Assembly: GCF_006345805.1 (NCBI RefSeq)
Contig: NC_043015.1
Location: 42,098,001-42,162,000 of the forward strand
DNA: 64,000 bases
Direction of reading: 5' to 3'
Source: Octopus sinensis
Taxonomy: Eukaryota
Below the pieces are notes generated by a model. It had not been told where the DNA came from. It ran no database searches and saw nothing but the letters and a program-made list of their open reading frames with translations. Shown here one piece after another: positions 12,566 through 24,190 of this stretch; the first letter of the stretch is position 1; every line of letters starts with the position of its first letter. The position numbers and the translations under genes are program-made.

Positions 12566-13421
12566 ATCAAAATAGCAACAAGGATATCTTCGGTAATTTG
12601 GTACGATCGTTTCACGCTACATCATTTTATTAAACATTGTAAGTATTACAATAGTTTTAAAATGTTGAGCAATCATCAGCCATTTATAAAGGTTTTCCAT
12701 TAATACATAGTTTCATATTAATTGATAACATTATAGAGAGGGTAGATATATAGACAGAGATGTCGATTTGAATTTTAAGAAATTTAGGTAGTAGAGTTTA
12801 TCTTCAGACTGAAGAATATTTTGAACTGCTAGAAGGTGGGGAAGTATATTCAGTTGAATGGAGACAAAATAGATTTTCTATTTATTGAAATAGGGGTGAA
12901 ATAAATATCAGAAGTTATTTCCAAATAAATTAAAGTAGAGAGGGGGTTATAATGCCCTAGAAGCTGTTTACTACTATTTGGCAAACAGATTTTGTATCAA
13001 GAAAAACTAGGTCAATGCTAGATGGTCACAATGACCACCTATATACCAAAAAGTTATAGAGAATACAGAGATCCCTTTATACTTATATACATCAGCTTTA
13101 TACTTAGCTAGTAGGTGTTGATTATATTGATACGTTGAATTAAAGGAGAAATTATAAATCTAATATTTATTAATTTTGGAGAAAAATTTATCATTTATTA
13201 TGAGTAGACATAATACTCAATAACTGAGGACAAAAGTCTTATTAATAAAGTGAATATATTATATATATTAGAAAAAATGGAAGAGGAGTAATCAAGATGA
13301 ATAATTTTTTTAGGTTTAGTAGGAGGTGATTTATTTTTATGAAGGAAAGTAATCAAGAAGAGTAAATTTTTCAGATTTAATTGATAGTGAATTGTTATTA
13401 ATGAATTAAATTAAAGAATCT
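11634..13421. mobile_element. Tail-to-tail inverted pair of PLE 3' regions around (TA)n
   Basis: 11634-12490 and 12563-13421 are near-identical reverse complements. Each arm has a hammerhead motif (12375-12452 +, 12602-12679 -). Confidence 0.75.
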
Positions 13422-13438
13422 ATATATATATATATACA

Positions 13439-13479
<41 letters not shown>

Positions 13480-14272
13480 TCAAAATGCACTTGTGTAAAT
13501 ATATATTCATATTATATGTAAATACACACTCACAAACTCATACACACACTACCTATATATGTGTGTGTATATATATACATACATATATATATTTATATGT
13601 GCTGTGTGTGTGTGTGTGTGTGTGTGCGTGTGTGTGTGTGTGTGTGTTGTGTGTGTGTGTGTGTGCACATTCATGTTATCTGTATACATGTAAACAAGTG
13701 CGTGTACATATCAGTATTGATCTGGGTGTGCATGTGTAACCACATAATCGATTTAAGGAAGGGTGGTTCCTTTTTGAAAATCTTTTCCCAAAATTCTACC
13801 GACCAGCCTTTCTGTAACAATAGATCTTTCTCCATAATATTTCTTCTTTGAAAACTAATCGATTTCTGTTTATATAAGAAAAAATTTTCTAGTACTTATT
13901 TTTTCCTTATTTTATATATATTTTCTTTGTTGCTACTGTTGCATTTTTTAAAAAACATTTTATGGAGAAAACTTTTATTCTTTCACTGAAATTAAAGACA
14001 CACCCACTCACACAGACACATACTAAGAAACACTTTTTGTCACACACATACACATACATACACACTCATGTACATAAAACAACATATATACATACACGTA
14101 AATAAGCGCAAAAGAACAAGTTTAAAACAAGATGTTACTAAAACATTTATTTTCACAATACGTGAAAAAAATAATTACAGGTAAAAAAATAACTGCACGA
14201 TACCTAGTTTTTCCTTTTTTTTTCTTCAAAAATAATTGGAACTATTCTTCTTCTTCTTCTTCTTCTTCTTCC

Positions 14273-14330
<58 letters not shown>

Positions 14331-14886
14331 GAGTGAGAGAGCAGTGTATGCCATCAAAGTGACACTAGGATAAAATATACGAAGCCCAGTATACCCATCA
14401 TGACTACCCGTCTGATAAGGGTACACCAGGCACATGCATCACAACCATATGTGCGCGACATGGTGATCTCATATCAAGATAAACAGCGCATGACCTTGCA
14501 GGTGGGGCCTAGTTAGAATTTTCTTCTGGTCGAGTAGCCCATCCCGCTCAAAAGGTCCCTGAATAAGAGTTGTTTAAGGATGTTGAACGAAACACCCATG
14601 TTTCCAAAGGTGAATTATCCAAACGCCAAAGAATTTCTCTCAACACATGGCTATGATGATCCCCCACTACTTCTGCTCATGATCAGAGATGCACATATCG
14701 TCAGCCAGTAAGGGACATACTCAACTGGTTAAGGTCAAACAACTGACAAGCAAATCTGTGGTATTGAGCAGAATATTTGCTGTAGCCCATCTTTTATACC
14801 AAGACAAAACAATGTACCTCATAATACTTTCAATCAGTTAAGATCAGAAGCCATGAGAGCCACTGCCTGGTACTGCATCAGGGCAT
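14331..14886 (-). mobile_element. About 560-bp (AAT)n-flanked interspersed element
   Basis: Homologous copies at 40692-41275, 41335-41885 and 51177-51605. Confidence 0.8.
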
Positions 14887-15030
14887 TTATTATTATTATT
14901 ATTATTATTATTATCATTATTAATATTACTATTATTATTATTATTATTATTGTTGTTGTTGTTGTTGTTGTTATTATTATTATTATTATTAATTATTGAA
15001 AAAAATAAAAGAATTTCTTATTATTATTAC

Positions 15031-15067
<37 letters not shown>

Positions 15068-15452
15068 TATTATATTATTAATCATTGAAAAAAATAAAAG
15101 AATTTATTATTATTATTATTATTATTATTCTACTTTGCCCAAGTCTGTTTTTATTCCTAGTAGAATTTATGTGTGTAGCGAGTCATTGTTTGTAACCTTA
15201 TACATACATCCACAAGCTTTCAACAATTTTTCAAGTGTTCATAATCTTTTTTTGTTCCTAACTGGTAATGTTTGTTTGGAAACTCTACAGATTATTCCAA
15301 TTCAGTCACTTTCAATCATTTGTCTATATCATTACTCACCAATTATCATTACTCACCAATTATTGTAGGCGCAACCTTTACAATTTCTGTATTTCAAATT
15401 CTTGCAATTTCAAATTTTAAGTGATTGTAATTTTAAAATGTTTCATCTTCAT

Positions 15453-15912
15453 AGGCGCAGGAGTGGCTGTGTGGTAAGTTGCTTGCTTACGAACCACATG
15501 GTTCCGGGTCCAGTCCCACTGCGTGGCACCTTGGGCAAGCGTCTTCTACTATAGCCTCGAGGCGACCAAAGCCTTGTGAGTGGATTTGGTAGACGGAAAC
15601 TGAAAGAAACCCGTCATATGTATATATATATATATGTGTGTGTGTATGTGTGTGTGTGTGTGTTGTGTGTGTGTGCGTGCGTGCGTGTATATGTTTGTGT
15701 GTCTGTGTTTGTCCCCCCAACATCGCTTGACAACCGATGCTGACGTGTTTACGTGCCCGTAACTTAGCGGTTCGGAAAAGGAGCCCGATAGAATAAGTAC
15801 TAGGCTTACAATGAATAAGTCCCGGGGTCAATTTGCTCGACTAAAGGCGGTGCTCCAGCATGGCCGCAGTCAAATGACTGAAACAGGTAAAAGAGTAAAA
15901 GAATAAAAGAGT
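15453..15912 (+). mobile_element. tRNA-derived SINE family A (full length)
   Basis: tggctgtgtgg A-box-like and ggtccagtccc B-box-like motifs, central (TG)n, gtaaaaga tail. More than 15 copies in the window. Confidence 0.85.
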
Positions 15913-16214
15913 TCTTTCTTTACAATCCTAGAATCGAACAGACATGATGGAAGAATTAGTAAACAGCTTCGCTTTTCCTTGTCTGGTTCATTTTCTAGCT
16001 TCTTATCCGTTTGAATTGGAAAATTCCTTCACATCTTGTGTTTCTCCTATTCAAGCACTCTCTCAGCCCAATAATCATACGAATTGTTTCCAACTGCAAA
16101 CTTCCGTTTCTGTCAAAAGTTTCTAATACAAAACTTACACAATTTGGTTTTGCCTCTATTTCCTTTATTCTTCCTCAGCCAACTTGGCACATATATATAT
16201 ATGTATATATGTAT

Positions 16215-16406
16215 ATTTTTTCTCTCCTTTTTTTCTCTCCTTGTTTCTCTCCGTGTTTCTTTTCTGTGTATCTTTCTGTTGAAGAGCGTAGGCTCGAAAC
16301 GTAAAAGACTTGTTTTATTATATTATTCCTGAGCGCCATACTAATACATTGTTTGTTTATATTCCCCCTGCCTTCGTCTTTTGTTTATTTTCATAAAGCT
16401 TCCCGT
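16215..16406 (+). mobile_element. Hammerhead-bearing mini-element (GAGC-GUAG-GCUC variant)
   Basis: UCUUU|CUGUUGA-A-GAGC(GUAG)GCUC-GAAAC-GUA|AAAGA at 16271-16308. Confidence 0.6.
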
Positions 16407-16407
16407 T

Positions 16408-16438
<31 letters not shown>

Positions 16439-16465
16439 TATATATATATAATATATATATATATA

Positions 16466-16670
16466 GTTAATCCAAACATGAAAACACGAAGAGAAAACAC
16501 AACAACGCGAGGACGTGGAACAAGTATAGTATTATTGGACGCTCTCAGGAAGGAAGGGAAGGAGGGTTTTACGTTTCGAGCGGAGCTCTTCGTCAGAAAC
16601 ATAGGAAGAGGAAAGATCCAGAGAAGGGAAGACGGAGGGAAAAAAATCGCTAACGGTACACACGCGGTCA
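16466..16670 (-). mobile_element. Hammerhead-bearing mini-element, intact core
   Basis: GUUU|CUGACGA-A-GAGC(UCC)GCUC-GAAAC-GUA|AAAC at 16566-16600 (-). Confidence 0.7.
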
Positions 16671-16983
16671 TATATAATCCTTTTTCAGAATCATGGGGCC
16701 AGCTGCAGTTAAGCTATAAATAATAACGAGCAAAAATCCTTGGATTAAAAAAGAAAAAGGAAAAAGCTGCTCGCGGGAAGCAAATCTAAAGCTCTTGTAA
16801 ACATGAAAGACGTTCCAGCACTGGTCCAAAGCATTCCTTCGAATTTTTCTATACATTTTAAAAGCTTGATTCTTTACAGCGAGGATTATATGTTGTTGAC
16901 GTCGTGAGAATCTCTAAACTTCAAGAGAATGTAAAATAATTCTTTGGTGGATTGAATGATAGATATTGAAGCAGCTGAAGCTA

Positions 16984-17547
16984 TTGGGTTGTCCGGAAAA
17001 TTCGTGCCGATTTTTAAAGGAAAGAAAAAGGTCAATAAATACTTGCCATTACATTTTTAATCAACCAAATATGAACCATTTTGTTGCACAATGCGTCTTC
17101 ATCTTTCCTTTAACTTGAAAATACCCTCTTCCCAGAATTGAGGTGGTTTCATGGCAAAGAATTCATCAAGGTATCTTTTTACGTCATCCAAGGAATTGAA
17201 ATTTTTACCATTAAGACTATTCTGCAGAGACATGAATAAGTGGAAATCCGAAGGAGTAATATCTGGTGAAGATGAACGGTGGGGTAACACATCCAGCCGA
17301 GCTGCAGCAATTTTTGTCTGGTTCCCAAAGCATCAAGTGCCGAAAAGGAACTTTCTTATCTTCCATTTTAAAGGGTTACAGAATTAACACAGGTTATAGG
17401 AACATAAACTTCTTCCACGAAAAGATAGCTTAAACTGTGCTCTAAATGGAGGTGTAGTCAAATCCTATTTTATGGACTCAACCATGTTCAAAAATAAGTC
17501 GAAAGGTAAGCTACTATAAATCGGCACAAACTTTCCGGGTAACCCAA
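16984..17547 (-). mobile_element. Internally deleted mariner element
   Basis: TIRs ttgggttgtccgg...tgccga with TA TSD; transposase C-terminus SPDITPSDFHLF...LQNSL. Confidence 0.9.
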
Positions 17548-17799
17548 TATAAATATTGGGTTTAAAACCTCCTTAGATAGAAAAAGTTGAAGGCTGAACG
17601 TAGGACTTGAACCCCCATATCTATACTGAGACACAGTGTGACCGAATAGCTAAAAAAGTTCCACTTCTGATAAACAAGGTTCCAAGTTCGAAGCTATGGT
17701 ATAGTATTTTCGTAAAGTCATTCTTGCTACAACCTTGGGTTAACCTTAAGGCTTGCGGATGAAACTGAAGAAGCGACGGAAGAAAGGGCAATTGTGGAA

Positions 17800-18150
17800 A
17801 ACCCGTCAAATGTATTACACCTGTAAGTCAAAACGTTCCCCTACCCTCGTTACAATCTGTGTCACGCTGCTTCAGACTCAAGATCGCGGAATATCCAGCC
17901 ACTTCACACACTAATTGAAGGAGCTGGTTGTTCAATCGATCAAACTGACTAAAATTCAAAGTCCGAAACGACATATATTTGACCAAGTTCTGTGCTAATG
18001 AAGCTTGTACTTCGATGCTGAAACCATAAATAAGCGTGAAACATGTCGAAAGTGGTCTCCCTTCCTTACCGAAATTATGAAGCTGATTATTACTCATCGA
18101 CTAATATCATATTTGTTGGTGGAGGGGTGCCTAATTGACATAATTAAATC
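17800..18150 (+). mobile_element. Degenerate PLE remnant with hammerhead-like motif
   Basis: CUAAUGA-A-GCUU...AAGC-GU-GAAAC-AU-GUC at 17995-18047; upstream scraps such as ISSHF. Confidence 0.3.
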
Positions 18151-18292
18151 TATTGAGCTGGTTTCGGACATAGTAAAGCTACATGTATACATTTCCTGTA
18201 CTTCTGTTGCTATTGGTTGCATATTGCATAAATTCAAGTCATTCCTTCATTAAATGCGTTTTTCATACATATGAGTGCATGTGTATGGATCT

Positions 18293-18357
<65 letters not shown>

Positions 18358-18433
18358 TATATACATACATATATATACATATATGTATACAAATATATAT
18401 ATATATAAATACATATATATATATTCATATATA

Positions 18434-18504
<71 letters not shown>

Positions 18505-18568
18505 GGAATAAGCACATAAATGTGAAACAAGGTGGAAAAAAGAGTACTCAAATACCAGAGGTAGAGTA

Positions 18569-18728
18569 ATATGCTTTTATTTAAAAGCAGCAGAAATATA
18601 ACAAAAGCTGTTACTGAGTTTCACGTTCCCATTCGTCGGACAGTTTTGTTAAAAAAAACTGTCCGCGCGAACGGGAACGTGAAACTCCGAGTAACAGGTT
18701 TTGTTATATTTCTGCTGTTTAAATAAAA

Positions 18729-18734
<6 letters not shown>
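18569..18734. repeat. Fold-back element made of two inverted hammerhead-like motifs
   Basis: Minus 18608-18643 CUGU|CCGACGA-AUG(GGAA)CGU-GAAAC-UCA-GUA|ACAG; degenerate plus copy at 18659-18697. Confidence 0.65.
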
Positions 18735-18808
<74 letters not shown>

Positions 18809-19093
18809 CCGGCCTTAGCAAACATATTCTGTTTGTTTTGCTAGAAAGAGGTAGAAACTGATCAGTCCGAGATGTATCGTTAATGTTAAATGTTTTTGAT
18901 TTTCACTCTCGATAAATTTATCCCTTTTTTTGTGCCCCTAGCACTTGGCATCCTTATTAGGAGCCCTTAATTATATTTCTATATGAATAATATTTTTCTG
19001 TATGAATAATATTTTGTCTAATGACTAATTCGTCTTTTGTGCTGGGCCACTGGTAGTAATCTATGTTATTGCCCTTTGTTTATATTCACATAT

Positions 19094-19145
<52 letters not shown>

Positions 19146-19147
<2 letters not shown>

Positions 19148-19359
19148 GTTGGCTCAAAAGTAGGTTTACAGTTAACACGTAGGCACTTTGAATTTCTTTT
19201 AAAATAGTTTATTACATTTAAATGTCTATCCTACAACTAACTAAATCAGCATAAAATAATGGTTTCATATATACTTATAACACTAAGATTTAAACTGTTA
19301 ATATATGAGCGTGAAACAGATAGTTGAATAACTGTAAACCTACTTCAGAGCCACCCAGT
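19146..19359. mobile_element. Tc1/mariner-type MITE
   Basis: Imperfect TIRs ggctcaaaagtaggtttacagtt / aactgtaaacctacttcagagcc within TA context. Confidence 0.6.
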
Positions 19360-19429
19360 ATATATAAACATATATATATACATACATGCAAACAGGTGTG
19401 TATTTATGTAAGTATGAATGCAACTACAG

Positions 19430-19580
19430 CCGGCTATTACCGGTAAAGGTCTTAGTTGCCAATTCTGTACAAGACATTGTAGATCTTTAGCTGGGCTGAA
19501 AAGCCACATTCGATCCCAGCCCCAGCAACAGTTAAGGTTCGTGCAATGGCCATACTCGATAACGAGGGAGCAGCCATAAT
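19430..19580 (+). mobile_element. LINE 3' end fragment with C2H2-like finger
   Basis: Translates CQFCTRHCRSLAGLKSHIRS, like RTE-type C-termini. Confidence 0.55.
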
Positions 19581-19608
19581 AATGAATATATATTATATAT
19601 TATAGATA

Positions 19609-19654
<46 letters not shown>

Positions 19655-20427
19655 ATATTAGGAATAAATCCAAATTTACAGGGAAAAAAATCAGGTTTAG
19701 GATTAAATCCAATTTTATAGTAAAATATTATATAATATTAATTAGAGACAAAACCACTATTTTGCAAAACAAACAAGGAAAGACTTAATCAATACATAAG
19801 ATTTTAATAAAAAGTCAAAAAAACCGCCACTACAATATATATATATAAGCATGAGTGTGTGGATGACAACAGGTAGCCTAAACCCTGCCAGTGCTCTACT
19901 CAATATTCGATCAATTTATACCTAATCGACTAATACCTATTCATATATATAAATATATAAATGTTTGTATTATTGCACACATGCACACAACTTTCGTTCC
20001 ACATCTGTTGCAATATCAAACGCATTGTTTACTTCCCACAGCTCGCTTTTGCGGTCGATGCCTACTTCGGTAACTGCACATAAAGACACACAAACACAAA
20101 CTCATACACATCTACACACACCAACTCACGGGCGTATACGCGTGGGTATATTTGCGTGCAATTGTTTATATATATATGTTTACTCTTTACTCTTTACTCT
20201 TTTACTCTCTTACTCTTTTACTTGTTTCAGTCATTTGACTGCGGCCACGCTGGAGCACCGCCTTTAGTCGAGCAACTCAACCCCGGGACTTATTCTTTGT
20301 AAGCCCAGTACTTATTCTATCGGTCTCTTTGGCCGAACCGCTAAGTGATGGGGACATAAACACACCAACATCGGTTGTCAAGCAATGCTAGGGGAACAAA
20401 CACAGAAACACAAACACATATATATAT

Positions 20428-20469
<42 letters not shown>

Positions 20470-20479
<10 letters not shown>

Positions 20480-23050
20480 GTATAGGAAAGAATGGAGCCG
20501 AACGAAGATTTAACAAAGTTCCTTTATTTTATTTTCGACATATGTTTCGAAGTCTGCAAAATCCCTAATTCCGAATGAATAAGGAGTCCATTATGCAGCT
20601 TTCTCTTCAGGAAAAACCAGGAACTTAATTCTCCAACAAAATGCATAACAAGTTTTTCGATGACTGCTCACCAGGAGCCCATAGAGATAATGATAAATAG
20701 TGCCTATTTATAGGGGGTGACGCCAGATTGGTTGAAAGTAGGAGAAAATGTCAGTTAAAATGGGGTTCAATCAGGGTTGGTGAAGGAAGGTAAAGAAAAA
20801 CTAAAGTGAGGGAATATATTCTATATGACTGGTGTTTATATTTGATTTATTTTATGAATGAGTGCTCGTATGTATGAGTGTGTAAATTTGCCTTAATGTG
20901 TGTGTGTGTCTGTGACTGAGTGAATGTGTGTGTAGAAGGCAGAGAAAAAGAATTAACGGTCAAGAGGTGAAAAGATTGTGTCTGTGTGTTCGAATGTGTC
21001 AACTTAAGAGGGAGAGGGTAGAAAGAGCCACAATAATAATGACAAGAGAGAAGGTTAATGTTGGAATTGGTAGTGTTCTTAGAAATTATGAGAAAGTCTT
21101 ATAAACTAAAGGGATGAGAAATCACAAGTTAATTTAATAGGAAGTCCAGGGGTTATCTATATTAGACTTCATTGGTATGAGTGAAAGGTATGCTTTTTCC
21201 AGTGAAGGCATCTGAAAGATCGTTCGACAATCGAGTTTATTACTTGGCCTCGGGCAAACAGAATATGAAAGAGTTCGGAATTACAGAGGGCACAGATTTT
21301 TCTGCCCTTATCAAACGGTAAGGACACCGATAATATTGACCATTCCAGCTTAAAAGTTGAATTTGCGTTCTTCAAACGCCAGACTATTTTGCTTAGCCCC
21401 GTGGCGTGCTGTTTACTGTTATCACGAAACGTGGAAAAATGATTTGATATCCTTGTGGCTAATTTCGAGGAAGTTGCGCCTATATAGAGGTAGACATCGG
21501 ATCCAGTAGAAATTTTGCACTGGTAGATGGTGTTTCTAATTTTGAGTTATTTGGGATTAGTTTCTGATACTAATATAGCGTTCTTATTTCTATGATGGTT
21601 GTAAAAATTACTGCTGGACTCGATACTATTCAACCTATTTTCATTACTATTTAAGGCAATATCACCTGCACATTCCCTGTTTCTGGGAATGCTGTGATTG
21701 TTATTGTCCGTAAAGCTACTGTTGTTAAAAACGCTGCTACTATTATTGCTGAGACCCCCTCCGTTAATGACCAGGCCAGTGTTCTTATCCTTATTACTAT
21801 TAATAACGCCAATGCTGGTAAGAAGGCTGCTAGTATCTGTGCTATTTCTGTTATTATTATTATTATTACTATATGTTATGTTGGAATTTGACAGGGCGGT
21901 GTCTCTGCTCATGGGTGACGAGACCTTATTTAGCAGCTTATTGTTATGGGAGGCAATTATCTGTGAGAGATTTTTAGTATTTGAGAAAGCAATTCTTACT
22001 TTATGCGAATTTATAGTGGAGTAATATCTCGAATTTCTGGGAAAGTTCCTGGCAATGGCTTGGCGAAACTGTAAAGGGAGGTTAGATCCGATTTGCTTTC
22101 CAAAGGGAATCACCAACCAGATATAGTTTTTTCTGCTCTTGTACTGGCTCGGAGTGTTATCTCTTACATTAAGGGGGGCATCTCTGTGCTGAAGAATAGG
22201 TTTTGGCCTACGATGGTCTCCCTTGGACCGCAACTTATTTATGTTAGCTATATTTGCGTTGACATTTCTAGACATCACTACTTATATTATTTATATTATT
22301 GTAAGTTGACTTATCATGATGAGCAAATACTGGTTTCGGAAGGACCGGGTCTATATATGCTACCTTTTCCCTATAACCGGCTTTTGACAGGGCGGCATTA
22401 TAGAATTCCGCTTTATGCTTAAAAATGTCGACGTTGGCAGATAAATTTGATAATCTTAGAGAAATATTTTTAACTAAATTATCTGTGATAGTTTTTGCGT
22501 GGTTAGAGAAAACACTGACATATTTTAGGTTTGTGGAAGGTTTATGGTAGGGGCAGTAAGAATTGCTATGCAGATTTAGTGTAACATCTAAGAAATTGGC
22601 CTTAGTTAGTTCGTTGTCGAAAACTATGTTCATGCCCATCCTACTAAAGAACCTAGCTAATCTATTTTTAATTTTCTGTATCATTCTGTTCGGGGCATTC
22701 TGTAGGTAAAACAGACAATCGTCACGATATAGACCACCGCAGATGTCCGGGAATTGGTCGGCTAATTCATAGAGAATATAGATTCCGACCAAATCGGCTA
22801 TCTGGGCGCTATCTGAACTTCCCATTGGCACATCAAACTCGTTGGGAGTATCCTTACGGACCCATAACTTATCTTCAAACTGTATAAATGATTTTCTAGC
22901 CACTAGAATTATATTAATTTCTTCCCTTCTTAGGCCTGCCTTATTATGCGCATGCCATAGGGCCTTATTGAGTACACTAGGGTTTATCGAGGGATAGAAA
23001 TTGCTACCCAGGTATCAGTTATCTTTCGAATTATCCGTAATAAGATAATT
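20470..23050 (-). mobile_element. 5'-truncated Penelope-like retroelement (RT + C-terminal GIY-YIG), disrupted
   Basis: NFYPSI, FDVPMGS, GLYRDD, NFLDVTLNL, PYHKP; then NTIYQC...YIGAT...LSKIVW...CALC...CLH. Frameshift near 22275 and TAA at 21547; 3' hammerhead 20532-20615. Confidence 0.9.
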
Positions 23051-23061
23051 CATTTGTCTAC

Positions 23062-23633
<572 letters not shown>

Positions 23634-23824
23634 TACGACGGGCTTCTTTCAGTTTCCGTCTACCAAATCCATTCACAAGGCTTTGGTCATCCCGAGGCTA
23701 TAGTAGAAGTGGAACTGAACCTGGAACCATGTGGTTGGTAAACAGGCTACTTATCACACATCCACTCCTGCGCCTATATGTTGACGCTCACACACGCGCG
23801 CGCGCGCGCACGTACACACACATA

Positions 23825-24190
23825 TATTGTGGTGCTCTGTCGGTTACGACGACGAGGGTTCCAGTTGATCCAATCAACGGAGCAGCCTGCTCGTGAGATT
23901 AACATGCAAGTGGCCGAGTACTCCACAGACCCGTGTACCCTTAACGTTGTTCTCAGAGAGATTCAGCAGAATATCAAAAGGCTGACCCTTTGAAATACAG
24001 GTACAACAGAAACAGGAAGAAAAGGTGAGAGAAAATCGTGGTGAAAGAGTACAGCAAGGTTCGCCACCACCCCCTGCCGGAGCCTCGTGGAGCTTTTAGG
24101 TGTTTTCGCTCAATAAACACTTACAACACCCAGTCGGGGAATCGAAACCGCGATCCTACGACCGCGAGTCCGCTGCCCTAACCACTAGGC
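23825..24190 (-). mobile_element. tRNA-derived SINE family B
   Basis: Head atggcctagtggttagggcagcggactcgcgg; copies at 44720-44880 and 53795-54085. Confidence 0.8.

Noticed and set aside
16680-16980. hAT transposase dimerisation-domain remnant (FAS..EQLF)
   Set aside because: Similarity is too short and degenerate to support without a search.
21169-21549. Selenocysteine recoding of the PLE ORF
   Set aside because: The in-frame stop is TAA, not TGA, and I saw no SECIS-like element after the ORF. Sec-encoding PLEs I know of are N-terminal-endonuclease Naiads, unlike this C-terminal-EN element.
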